A stretch of 64,000 bases of DNA from Antedon mediterranea (lineage: Eukaryota; Animalia; Echinodermata), in NCBI RefSeq assembly GCF_964355755.1, contig NC_092676.1, positions 18,866,871 through 18,930,870 of the forward strand. The letters run 5' to 3'. Positions 37,857-51,177 of this stretch are shown here, piece by piece. Made by a program: the position numbers and the translations under genes. Under the pieces are notes generated by a model that was not told where the DNA came from, ran no database searches, and saw only the letters and a list, made by a program, of their open reading frames with translations. Position 1 is the first letter of the stretch; every line of letters starts with the position of its first letter.

Positions 37857-39539
37857 ATTGTCGAGTTTGTACAACGAGTCAGATTTCCCTGTCTGTTTCA
37901 ACCTGTTTGTAATCTCTGTCTCTTTGAGAAAATTGTCTTCAACTACCAGCGTAACTAACTTGATAACCTTCGGTGGTGTATTATAACGTCTAGTTCTTCA
38001 CGCTACCAAAATGGGCTGAAAAGTGGGATGTGTTTTGTGTAAAAATAGCTCTTCCACTACAGTATGTCTATTATTAATATTACCAAACTATACTATGCCT
38101 ATGTATTCGGTAAAAGTTCAAAAGTATATAACCAGTCCCCAAAAAAGAGTAAAAAGGAAAATGCTCCGAAGGCTTACTTCCTGTGGTGCAAACTTTTGAA
38201 CCGTCTTTAAAGCTCCTTTGATAACTTATCACCAGCAAATACTAACCTTTTCCATAGTTTTGAATCCTTTAATTTGATGAAATATTTCACATGAGTGTGT
38301 GTCGTACGGTAATCAGTCAGATCAAATAATAATATACGACGGTACTAAACCATTGGTGAATTCCACAATAATTGTAATATCTTGTTGTGATTGAAACTTA
38401 AGAGTGGGCTACTAGAGGAATTTATACAATCGAGTAATTTTATGTGGTTGATTGATAGTTCAATATCATCATCTTCCTCCTTCTACATTATCATATTATC
38501 AACTAATCACTACCATCTATTTTACCAACCATCGTCCTCAAAGCAGTGACAATAACACCCGCAAAACAATAAAATAAATACACAAAATAAATAAACACCT
38601 TTGTGTAGGCTATCTAAATGTTTGAAATGAAATGAACAAAGTTAATATTGACATATCATTTTGGATATCTTGATAGAGTCAAAACAAAATGGTTATGTTG
38701 TCCGACAACCGCTGAAAACATGTGGGCGGTCGGTCATTTTTTCTTTAATTTCAGCTGATTTTGTGCAAATGTCTTGCTAAAAATAACCACTCGGCTCAAA
38801 ATCAAACAAACATAGATGGCGCTATTGGAAATCACTTATGCATGCATAAACAAAATGTCGTACACTGACTTTCGTTGTTTTCTCTTCTAAAATTTTAAAT
38901 AAAATGTATAACAAAAATATAACTTGTCTTTGAGAAGTTATAAATAAGGAATGATTAGGCCTAGTTATATAACAAACACTTTGAGAAGAAAATGCGTAAA
39001 AGCATATGAAAATTAGCGCTCCCAACGGTTCATTGTGATTTCAAAACTCAATTGTATGGTATTCCTGAGTATACATTGGAATTTTTTCGTGGTACTTCAT
39101 TGTTATGTCTTCTTGAAATATGATACACCAATTCCACCTACTATAGATAATAACTAATTTACATTTTCAACACATTAAAATTAAATTAAAAACCAATTGA
39201 TTGTATAATATTGGTTTGTTTTGAAATTAGGCCAATATATAAGAGGAAATTAAGTTAAGTAATATCGAACCTCAACAAACATTACTGACGCTACAATGTG
39301 GTCTCCAGAGAACAACATAGAGATCACAATCTAAGCCTACTCTAAAGTGAATTTAATGACTAAATCGTTAAGTTCCACCAGGGAAGAGTGAAAAGTGAAG
39401 TGTACAGTAAGTAGTTCACTTTTTCTTGGTTGCACTCTAAAGCAATATCTGGCTATACATTGAACTAATTGCTTGAATAAGTAATCGTATAGACCTACAC
39501 AAAAACTACCTTCTTTAATTTATCTATATATTACACGGT

Positions 39540-40030
39540 CGATAGGTTATTCACCCTTTTCTGTTCTTAATTACTGAAATCAATAATTCTAAAGTTTTTA
39601 GAAGACTACTGATGACCTCTCTTTTAATCATCTCTGTTTTCGAACTCTGGCACTTCGTAATTCTCCTATAAACCGCTTCCCTAAGCTTTGGTCTCTATTA
39701 CCTTTGTCATTACCCCAATTAACTGGTTGTCACTGAATCTTTTCCTCGTCTTTTATCATCTATTGACTCTTTCCTTCTTGATAATTATCTTTAATTCTTT
39801 TTTTGCATAATTAATTCAATCTGTTTGTATTTAATAATTGTTCTTTTTTGTATTTTCAAAGCTTAATACATTATTTGTTTATAAAATCATAAAATTTATT
39901 TTTAGTTAGGATCAGGGACTGCTGACTCTTGTAGTTACAGTAATCTTATTAACTTTAGCAGTCCCTGACCAATTTATCTCTGTATATTTTATCTTATGGT
40001 TTGTTGGTCGAATAAATGAATGAAAAGAAG
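39540..40030 (+). mobile_element. Degenerate CR1-group LINE 3' fragment related to the 17-19 kb element
   Basis: Peptide FNHLCFRTLALRNSPINRFPKLWSLLP parallels FVHPFARTDTLKYSSINNFPVIWSSLP; 3' hairpin 39912-39968, then GTCGAATAAATGAATG. Confidence 0.65.
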
Positions 40031-40841
40031 AAAGAAGAAATCGTATCCTGTCATGTCCTAATTCATATAATATGTGGAAGACTAGGTTTGAAATGGTTTA
40101 AAATCCTTCCTGCTCCTCCATTATCGTTAATAAAATATATCAACATCCATTCTGTTTACTGTGATTGAAAGTATAATCCATTCAATAGAAAGAATAGATT
40201 TACTAATAGGTTAACAAACATTATTCATTTCATTCATTCATCATTTTAACATCTATTTGTAGTAGGTAGAATTCATTGATTGACAATTTACCAAGCATTT
40301 TCATACAATTTTTACTGTATTTTATCACTTATCAATATTAATTGTGTTGTATTTTTTCATATCTAAAGGGTATTTATTTATTGATTATACATATATGTTA
40401 CCATATTACACTAAAAAAAAAGAAACGCCTCCCTTAAATAAACCTGAACACGAAGCGCCCCAGAGCGTTTATTTTATTCGAATAATTACGGTACTGTATA
40501 TATTTTTTATCTCAATGAGGTAACTTAAATTTTATAATCCATTTTTGTTTAAAATTATCACACTGCAAGTTTAAAGTTCGTTTTTAAGATTTTATAAGTA
40601 ATTGTACATTCACTAGTTCATAATAATACACATGATAATTTATTTAATTTATTGCGTTATCTTGTGAGTTTGAATTGACATCTCTGCGAAAGATTGTAAC
40701 GTTTAAATAAGCATATCATGGAAGTTATTCATTCGTTCATTTATTTGGTAAAAACAAGAAAACTGTATGAGAACAGGATAATTACACGCAATATACTGTG
40801 TGTACTAGCAATAGGATTTAAAAACGTATAAACTTCATTAA

Positions 40842-41431
40842 AGGCCAGGTGCGGGCAAAACATTTATATTGATCATACATTCCAATAATTATCGATCTAT
40901 AGTTTCTCCTATGTTTCATAATTTTTGGGATTTTATTTGTGTTACATGAGCTTGTTGAAAATAAGCACTTTCTTATCAGTGGGGGGATAGTTCAAATTAC
41001 ACAGTAAAATCTCTATTCTTTTGTACACAAATTTTGTAAATAGAGAGGCATTTTAAAAAGCTATGAAAAATAAACGGTGTGGTAAAAAATCAGATGACTA
41101 AATATAGGTAATATAACTTGAATATTACATTTCTGATATTTTTATTCAACTTCAGATTTTTATTTTCATGCTATAGCAAAAATTATCCACCGTATATCCA
41201 CCATCTTTTTTCACCGTCTAGGGAGTCACCAGACATGTTATTACATTAGGTTAACTACCTAACTACTGAAAAAAAGTCTTCCTGGTTTTTATGGAAGAAT
41301 TTTTGCCAAATTTTGTATTTGACCATATTAAGGGAAATTCATGTTTTTTCGTCTCGATTTCTGTTACAAATATTTGATTTATGTACAATTAACCAAATAT
41401 TATATTTAAAATTCATGCCTGTACCTGAGCT
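40842..41431. mobile_element. Kolobok-like TTAA element (copy 2)
   Basis: TTAA flanks; near-identical to 20963-21558. Confidence 0.8.
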
Positions 41432-42911
41432 TTAAGGTTTCATCAAATGTTTTATATTCCCATTGCGAGGAGTGCGGCTCTTGGCCTGACATTTTTAAAG
41501 TATAATTGCAATTTATGAAGACATTTGCAGCTCTAAAGTGTTTTTAAATAAACTAATATTTTTTACCTGCACGTATGAACTTTCATTCGAATACTAGCAG
41601 CTCTAGTTTTCAAAATTGTCTTAGCTCAGTCCCAACCATGGTAGGGCTGGTCCTGGAGACTTATATGTTTTGTTTCATATATCAATGTATAATTGCAATT
41701 TCAGAGGACCTAATAGCTCTATTTTTCCAGGCATGGTGGGGTTGAGGTACTGAAGACTCTGTTTCATATTTGTTAGTTTCACATATACAATTTTCGCACC
41801 CTTCCAGACAGCAGTCAGACGCCTCTGGTATATAAGATAATTTTAGTTTAACCAAATATGGTGATGATTGCATTGTATAGATATGTATGGAAAGAACAAT
41901 GTCAGAAAATGTAAATTCTAAATTTACATTAGAACTGAAACATGTTACATTCTTAATAATATTGGTTAATTAAATTGAATATCTTAACACGAGGTGTAGA
42001 ATTGCATTGCTTGAATATGGTATTTTCGTTTTACGTTTTGTGTAATAATAAGGTTTATCGCAAATAACGTAAGCGACGCATGGTGGGAATGATTTGGAAG
42101 CAAACGCCACGACGCGTACGTACGTAATTTGATGTTTTTACGTATGCGCGCGTTGTGACTCACTTTGCTCCCAAACCCTTCCCATCATGCATTTTGCAAT
42201 CAATCATTTGCGATACACCTTACAGTCATTAAAGAAATAACCTTAGATTCTATGTTTTTGTTTTCCGCTTACTGTTATCGCTCGGCTGTGTAACTTGGCC
42301 TTTAGGAAGATGGATTTACTTTTTCCCGATCGAAAAGACTGACGAGTGACGTCACATCACGGGACTACATTGTTAATTTGGGACATAGCAAAATAAATAC
42401 TTATAATTGTGATACAAGAATTCATATTTGGATAAAACGATTTTTATTTTTATTTTATTTGTACACAATTATTTACCTATATAAATTATGATATATGCAG
42501 GTACAATATATGTATTTACAGAAAAATATAGAATGTTGTCGACACATAAGACAACCTATCGAAGTACATAATAACTAATTTCCAACAGGATCGAAATATC
42601 CTCACCTATAAAAGAAAGGAAAGTAATTGAAAAGAATATAATTTAAAGTACACTAATCTAGGAATTTTCGCTAACAAAAGATCTTATCTTAAGCTTGGTT
42701 CACACTAGCGACGCAACCTACGCAACGTAAAAAAATGCCCTTCCAATAATTGTGTTTTCCCCCGCCAGCGTAAAATCAATTTTTTGCAGCACTATTGCGT
42801 CGTCGGTTCCCACTTGTGATTACGTAATAACAGTCACTTTGCGTCGATACGTCGCTGCGTTGCGTTCTAGTGGGAACCACGCTTTAAGCATGAAAACAAT
42901 TCATTCAATAT

Positions 42912-42943
<32 letters not shown>

Positions 42944-45872
42944 TATATTGATTCAATACAGTTGTGAAACAGGAGAAATAATAATAATGTAAGTGCATTG
43001 TTATCAATTATGCATGCCATAATGGCTTTGATAATGATCGTAACATATTTCACTAAAAAATTAACAAGCTTCGACTTAGATTTGATTGGCTGAATCTTTG
43101 GTAAATGTTGTGAATCGTTGATTGGCGTTCCACCTGCGTACTTTTGTTTACGATCGTTTCTTCATCAAATCCATTATGTTATATGCATAATTGATTGAAT
43201 AATACTTACAATATTAGAAATACACGTGTGATTAATATTACTATATTTTTAAAAGTATAACATATTAAATTAGTTTTAAATAACTAAAACGTTCAATAAA
43301 AATACAGTTCAAGTTTGTATATTCACTTTCATTGGCCATATAAATTTATCAAAAAATTAACAAACCCTTTTTCTAAAAACAATTGACAGCATTCATACTA
43401 ATCACATTTAAAAATAAAAAGAAAAAAATAAATAAATAAAAAAGTACAATAATGGTAATAATAATATTAATAAAAATCACATTTAAATTGTTTATATTAA
43501 ATTACATTTAGATTGTCAGATATAGTAATTCGAGTATTTAATATTTTTTTAACGTAAAAAGGTTTATGAAGATAAAGGGAAGATGACAGGTACGGAAAAC
43601 AATATATAGGATTTTGCATTTGTGAAGGGCAAATGATAAACCATTTTCAGTTAGTTACTAAAAGGGTATATTATTGTTATTTGTGATGTTGTTTTAATGT
43701 TGACATGTGCAGTACTTTACTTTGGTGGTAGGAACCGTAGGAGTTCGTCACTATACTTTACACAGTTAGCTTTCACCGTTCGACGGTGTCTTTATTCAAT
43801 ATAGAGTAAAAGTATGGTAAGGAAAATAAGAAAAAAAAACCTGAAACGAATCAATTGATGCAAACCGTAGTGGCACTGCATCAAATGGGCGCCTACTGTA
43901 CAGTTATTCTATTCTATGCCCATTATCGGGTGTAGCACATTAAAATTGAGAGGACATAAAATGGACACCATCATTTATTATTAAGGGGCGAAACAGCCAA
44001 TCCCTACTGAGTGGACATCCTATAAAGGGAAAATTAAGGGGACGGGGAACCTTTTAAGCTCAGTGCCAATGTTCACTCAATATTTTTTCCATCACAAAAA
44101 CAACAAAAAAGACGAAATAATTATATCCATTTATCGTTAGTAAATAAAAAGGGGTATCATAATAATTATGATACTTTGTCTGTCTTGAAAGTTTTCATTG
44201 GTGAAACGTTGCCTGCTAAATTTTTAATTTCCGAGTCCAGATCAGTATTGTTATTGGTTTTTTCTGCGAAACCTCTATAAAGAGGACAAGTGTTCCAGGG
44301 GCAGTAGAACCCCCATTGAGGGGACACCTTCAGGACCCAAAAAGGTTCTACTGTATTTTTAACGGAGGATATCACAAATCAAGTAGGGCCTACGTGTTTC
44401 TAAGTACAGTACAGTGTTTAAAAATAATTATTTCATTTCAATCTTTTTAAAAACAGAAATAGGTCTGTTTTGAATGGCTTTTGTTTTTTATTTCTTTTTC
44501 CCGTGTTTTACTTACACAGATATATTAGAAGGACGTGGGGGTGGTTGGCTATTGGGAGGACCGGGTGCCACATAACCTAGGGGCGTGGTTGAACTAATAA
44601 TTAGAAATTACTTTCACTGCACAGTGTAGGGGCAGAAATCAAGACAATTTTGGCGGGATGTTTGCATTGTCGCCCCTGAAACTTGTTCAACTGAGAATTT
44701 GTATCATTTCTGTAGGCCCAACAGTAAACATCATCGTTTAGGGCCGCCAATATAATTGGCTATTTTTTCAATCACATTGTCAGAAAATTAAATTCTTAAT
44801 GAAATATTACGTGTGTAAAACCAAATGTATTATAAATAAATGTGATGTGAATATAACAATGGAGAAACTTTCATGGAGAAATAATTTACTAACTTATTTC
44901 TCCATGATAGAACTAATGAAACAATGTTTAGAAAATGATATATCTGATAGATATCATCTAAGTGATGTTTTTTGTTCATTCTCCATAGGCCCTATACATT
45001 CAATTCCTTTAATATAGGCCTAGTTCTTGTATAACACCATATCAAGTAGTAGTAGAAATTATTGTAGGGTTTTCTTAATGTTCAGCCAATTCAGTGTTTC
45101 TATACAGAAAAGAGTATTCAGAGGCCTTAACATCAATTAATTGTATAATTAGCAAGAAACTCAGGTCCAGTTACATTGGTGTTGATTGGTCAATAGGAAA
45201 TGAACAGCACACTTATGGGTGGTGACAAAGTTTAGTTATTGATAAATTGTCCTTGGAAAAACACATTAGTTGGGCTGACCATGGGGTGACAGAGTTAACG
45301 ACTTCGTAACGCCAGGTAGTATTTTACAATTCATTATTTTATGCTGCAAGCATGAGATGAATCCAACAAAGAAACTACAACACGACCTTGGATGGAAATA
45401 TCATTTAATTTCAATTGACAAGCACATTAAATATTTCAATCAAAACCATTATCTTAATGTGGGGATACTGAATGATGCATTAGAGCAGATTATTGTTTAA
45501 GTAAAAATCAACATTGCAAGTCAAACGCCAACAAACTTTGGAATTAGAAAGCAATTTGCTCACATCCACAACTAACTTATGTACTATATTTCATATATCG
45601 AATAATTTCATTTTATTTATTTATTCGATATCATGTCCTGGGACCACAAAAGCAACAGAGTCACCATAACATGAAATGTCTGGGGCACCAGAAGAACTTA
45701 ACTACCGTACATAAAATTAAAAAACAATATACAAGAAAAAGAGAAAGAAAGCACACCGGATATCAGAATTAAACAATATCATAATTAAAATAAATAATTT
45801 TCCTAAGCATGTAATTTAGTTAAATACGCAAATTAATTTTACAATAAAAGATTTATGTTGTTTGAGTACAAA

Positions 45873-46791
45873 CTAGGATAATTCAATGTCATTTTCAGGT
45901 ATTCGCTGCAAACGTTGTCTGATCCGACAAAATCCAAGCAACTCGACGCGGAACTGTGGCATAGAAATTGTGTAAATAAAAGGATTTGCAATGAAATTTA
46001 CAAATACCAAATCTAGTCCAATAAACCACATACGATTTTTAAATTTAGGATTAGTATTAACAAATTCGCCGACTATGATTATCATAGTGATTGGCACCCA
46101 ACATAAAACATATACCAAACTAATAGCTAAAAACATGTTGACTGTTTTAACGTGTACAGACGAATATACTGATGGAGAAGCAGATGTGTGTTTTCGTTTT
46201 ACTAATTCATGAATTATTCTGCTATATACAATTATCATTGTTATCATAATATAGTATAAATAATGATCCCGTAATGGTTTGTACAAATAATACCTCATCT
46301 TCTATTCCACAGTTTGCATATGCATTGTGATATATTAATTTAACAAAATATATCTCTGGATTTAATAGTAACCCGATAATCCATGCTGATATTATCATTG
46401 TTATTGTTTGCCTGATTGTGTAATGTTCTCTGAAATATATTGGTTTCATTATAGCAAAGTATCTCTCTATTGTAATAAAAACCAGATTCGCCGTAGAAGC
46501 ATGCGACATCATCCAAATTAGACAAGATATTTTACATTGAATATCTCTATAATACAGAGTAGCCCTATGTATTCCATATACTTTCTCCAGTACAACTTGC
46601 AATATGAAAATTAAACATCCTGTGGCATCGATAAGTGATTGGTTAAAAATAAACCATCGTGTGCTTCGACGGATTGTTAGCGCACGGTTAATCGTCAACA
46701 GTACTAAAGCATTGACAATTAGTCCAAACGTTGAAAGTGCATACCCGAATTTCACAGCTATCAAGTCGGTATTTTTAAAACTTATATTCAT
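45873..46791 (-). pseudogene. Class A GPCR copy 2, frameshifted in TM5
   Basis: ORFs 46222-46791 (TM1-5) and 45873-46298 (TM5-7) are in different frames; net 11-nt loss at ~46242-46251 relative to copy 3. Confidence 0.85.
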
Positions 46792-48347
46792 ATTTTTGAG
46801 CTTGTAAAATAAGTCGGAATTCGTAAATTATGTTGTCGCTTTTCCCCCTACCAGCATAAATGCGTACTGTGAGATACCCTGATGAACTTTCTTCCCTGCA
46901 AGTGACGATGATCTAATAAAATAATATACTACACAATTGTGATGAATTCGCAGCCCCCGTGTTCAATCTCTTATTGTAATTGAAATCAATAATTTCAAAT
47001 TTGTAGAAGAAAAAACCCAGTCGTGTCCCATTCGTCTATTTGAGAGACCAAAGTTCCAGTGCAGTGAGCCTTCTATTCCTTCTTCATCATGGTATCAATA
47101 CTAGGCCTAAAACATGCTACCATCTCTATTACCTACCATTGTCCTCGAAACACAATAACACCCACATCATAACTGAACTGAATAACTGAACTTAAATTAA
47201 AACAATAAAACAGTTTTTTGTTCCTAATGGTTTAAATGAATATAGAGAATATTGACATATAAGTTGATTAGAAGCATACAAATAGCACCATCAACGGTTT
47301 ATTATGGTTTTTTACCCATCGTCCTGCTAAATTGGTATTTTTTCCTTTTTGCATTTCATCAGCATATACTTCTACTCTATAAAATAGGATACAAATTACA
47401 TATTTATAGACAATCTATAGAAAAACTGTAGTAACTAGAAGCTAAGAAGAGATTGAAAATTGTTATAAATTATACAATATTAACATTTTCAAAAACACAT
47501 TTAAAGAATTAAATTAAACTATTCAAGGTAAATTGGTTTCTTTAGAAAGTAACCAAATCTGTACAAACATAATTATTATTGCGCTACAATTTGATCTCCA
47601 GAGGATAACACTGAGAGCACATTCTAACATACTATAGAAGAGAATTGAATGATTGACCTACATAGTTCAGTTGTACAATATATGCCATGAATTATAATGA
47701 CATGCTTGAATTAATATTTAATATACATAGAATAATACGGAAACATTTATTTTAACAAAGTCGGTAATCTTAACAGGAATATTTACAAAGGCTGTATAAA
47801 ACTGTAAATCTACATGACCAATTTTAATTGTAAATATCATGTATATCGTATTTGAACATTACCAAGCTTTTATTGGCATCAATTTACTATAATATTATTT
47901 ACTATAATAAAAGTGTGTGTTTCTTTGCGAAAGACAAAAAACATCAAATTATTTCAACTTTCATCGAATGCAATAGGAATACAGAATTCGTTGTTATTAC
48001 GACTCACTTATTTACAGCAGAGCCGAGCCACCAGTACGGTTGGTAAGATTTCAACCTGACCACTTTTTTCATAGAGGCCGTTGGACAACCCAGTGGCTTG
48101 AATAGAGATTGTTTCCTTTTCTTGCGTCAACAGCACCACTTTATTTCTTGTGGCTACATCACTGTAGAGCATAAAAACTATCCTATTCATCTTGATCCTG
48201 ACAATATTAAATGACAACGTAGAAATTATTTCAGGGTATTATGCCGCCTGGTCTAGATAACAACTTAAAGCAGTTCAGTAATTAGACAATGTTCTAAAAC
48301 GAGATATACCCGCAACAACTGCGGAGTCTATTCGATCATGTATAGGC

Positions 48348-49286
48348 CTACGGTCTTTCAGTTACCTCCATGGCACAATGTTGTCTAATGTCATTTTCAG
48401 GTGTTCTTTGCAAACATGTCCTGATCCGAAAAGATTTGAGCAACTCGGCTCGGAACTGTGACATGGAAATTGTGTAAATGAAAGGGTTTGCAATAAAATT
48501 TACAAATACCAAATCTAGTCCAATAAACCAAATGTGAGTTTGAAATTCAGAGCTACTGAATGCACTGGCAATGATTAACATTGTGATTGGCAGCCAACAC
48601 AAGGCATAAACTAAACTTAGGGCTATAAAAACTTTCAATGTTTTAACGTGTATAGACGAATATACCGATGGAGAAGCAGATGTGTATTTTCGTTTTACTA
48701 ATTCGTGAATTATTCTGCTATATACAATTATCATTGTTGATAACGCAAACATAAATGATAGTACAAATAATGATGCCGAAATTGAATACACAAGCCATGA
48801 CTCTTTTTCTATCCCACAGTGTACATAAGTTGTGTTTTGATATATTAATTTAACAACTAAAATCTGTGGATTTATTAATATACCAATAATCCAAGCAGAT
48901 ATCATCATTGTTATTGTTTGCCTGATTGTGTAATTGTCTCTAAAATATATTGGTTTCATTATAGCAAGGTATCTCTCTATTGTAATAAAAACCAGATTCG
49001 CCGTAGAAGCATGCGACAACATCCAAATTCCACAAAATATTTTACATTGAATATCGCTATAATAAAGAGTTTGCATATGAATTTCAAGTATCTTCTCCAG
49101 TAGGAAAGATAAACATCCTGTGGCATCGATAAGTGATTGGTTGAAAATAAACCATCGCGTGCTTCGACGGATTGTTACACGATTAATCGTTAATAGTACT
49201 AAAACATTGACAAATAGTCCAAACGATGAAAGTGCATATCCGACTTTCAGAGCTATCCAGTCCCTGTCGGTTAAATTTAATTTCAT
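48348..49286 (-). CDS. Rhodopsin-like (class A) GPCR, intronless, 312 aa (copy 3)
   Basis: GLFVN, FIFNQSLIDA, IERY, LCWLP, NPFIY; close paralog of copies 1 and 2. Confidence 0.9.
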   Translation of the reverse strand: MKLNLTDRDWIALKVGYALSSFGLFVNVLVLLTINRVTIRRSTRWFIFNQSLIDATGCLSFLLEKILEIHMQTLYYSDIQCKIFCGIWMLSHASTANLVFITIERYLAIMKPIYFRDNYTIRQTITMMISAWIIGILINPQILVVKLIYQNTTYVHCGIEKESWLVYSISASLFVLSFMFALSTMIIVYSRIIHELVKRKYTSASPSVYSSIHVKTLKVFIALSLVYALCWLPITMLIIASAFSSSEFQTHIWFIGLDLVFVNFIANPFIYTISMSQFRAELLKSFRIRTCLQRTPENDIRQHCAMEVTERP

Positions 49287-51046
49287 ATTTTAGGCTACCA
49301 GCAAGTGGAACTATCTAAATCAGAAATAAATAAATTGCACCCTGTTCTTATTGTGATAACAGTTTGCTACGTTATCAGTATACTTACTGAAAGTTACTTT
49401 GATGAACTCACACTCCGTTAAAAAAAAATAACTCTCGTACTTAAGTTCAAAAGTATAAATACTTTAACAGGAGCGAAACTGAAAGAAAGTCCAAACAGAA
49501 AAATTGTTGTCTTCGGTTCAATTTAGAATGAAACTTCTGCACATTCTGGAGTACCTACTTCTCATCTGTTGTGTTTGGTGATGTTCCTTGCCATATCAAT
49601 GCCAGAATACCATTTTGGTGAATTCACAGGTAATGTCCCACTGAAAAAATCTCTTGTTTTAATTATACAAGCAATAAATCAAATTTGAATATTATAAATT
49701 ATTGTGTAATTATATCAAGTAATGTCCTTCTATTAATCTTGATTGACTATTAGAAAAAAAAAAGGTTTTCAGTACCCTCGGGTTCGTTAGGCAATGTCTT
49801 CCACCGAACTGAAACTAAATCCAAAGCCAAGCAGTTAGTTCCAAATACTATAATATTATATAATACGTTCTAATTGTCAGCATCCGATATAACACAAATA
49901 AAACAATTAAACCGGATTCATATGTCCATATTTGTTGCATTTTCGTAGAATCTAAATCTAAGCCTTGTTCCATGTATAGTTTGTGTTTGTACTGGTACGA
50001 AAGAAGAAAGGCAGGGGAATTGAATAAATTAACTTCATCGCCATCATGCTGTGTGAGTAGCAGAACTTTAATTAGAAATGATTTCGAACGCAATTACATG
50101 GAACGTAAAGAAGACTACAGAATACTCCAGCATTTTTAACTTAATAATAATATATAGTCAATTAATTTAGTAATTTGGGTTCGAATCTGGACCCCGGCAG
50201 GGGTGTGTTTACGTAGTGTTATGTAGAGGTTAACCTTATTTTTATTCTATAGAATTGGCAATGAGGAAAAACGACTGAGGTGTTTTATTGAAAACAAATA
50301 TTGCTAATGGTGATCGTAAAATTAAAAACGTACGTTTGCTTGCTGTAGCTAAACAAACTCGTTTAAACTGTAATACTTAATTTAAATAATAGGTTATAAT
50401 AATAATATTAAAATTAACCCTCCCAGTGGACTTTCGTCACTTTGTTGTGACGTCAATAAACCACTGATTTGCTTATGATTTCATTACAATACATTGATGT
50501 TGTGGCTTTTCGTTATCTTTTAATTATAATTAAAATATTAGAATACAATTATAGTTCAACAACTGCAGCGGGTGGGTAGCTTTCAATACGGGGAAATAGT
50601 AGAAGGAACCGCAATGACGTCACTGTAAATCGGTGTGCTAAGTTTGCAGCCGAAAGCCTTCATTTTGACAATGCATGTTGACATTAAAATTAATAAACTG
50701 AATATGCTTTTATACTCACCTTATTGTCTTGTTTCTCCATAATTCCGACATTGATTAATTTATATTGAAAGTGGGAAGGGTTTTGGATTAAAGCATGGAT
50801 TAAAGAATATTCTTTAATCCATGATTAAAGCAAGGCTATTATATTGTGTACGGATTATAGATGGTACCGTTTTGGTGTCTGTTACTAAACATTGGAAGAA
50901 GCCAATTGGCCAATCAGTCAAGTGCTTAGGGGGCGGAAACTGATCGTTTCGAAACTAGAGGTAAATCTTTGATCTGGTCGAGCTCAGCGTCCTGTGTTAC
51001 GATTGCCTTGGTTATACTACGCTTGATTGTGTATCAGGAGTAACAT

Positions 51047-51177
51047 TAGAGAGCTTTCGCTATCTCGGATCGGGAACGAGAACCAGCATTAATTACCGGT
51101 TCTCGATCTCGTACTCGTTCAAAAAACCCTTACTTTCTCGGCGGCTCGTTCCCCATCGAGATAGCGAAAGCTCTCTA
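51047..51177. mobile_element. Short palindromic MITE
   Basis: TAGAGAGCTTTCGCTATCTCG ... CGAGATAGCGAAAGCTCTCTA. Confidence 0.7.

Noticed and set aside
35641-40496. Inverted ACAGTACCGTAA / TTACGGTACTGT ends around GPCR copy 1, suggesting gene capture by a TIR element
   Set aside because: Only 12 bp match, partly the over-represented TACAGTA word; the inner sequences diverge. More likely ends of two separate pogo-like MITE remnants.
41682-41873. Cys-rich 63-aa ORF
   Set aside because: No splice context or recognisable family; probably a decayed retroelement fragment.
48008-48217. ORF downstream of GPCR copy 3 as a second coding exon
   Set aside because: The available donor (GAG|GTAACT) joins its acceptor directly onto TGA; no recognisable domain.
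50170-50215. GGGTTCGAATC B-box as a tRNA gene
   Set aside because: No cloverleaf or A-box; at most a SINE fragment.
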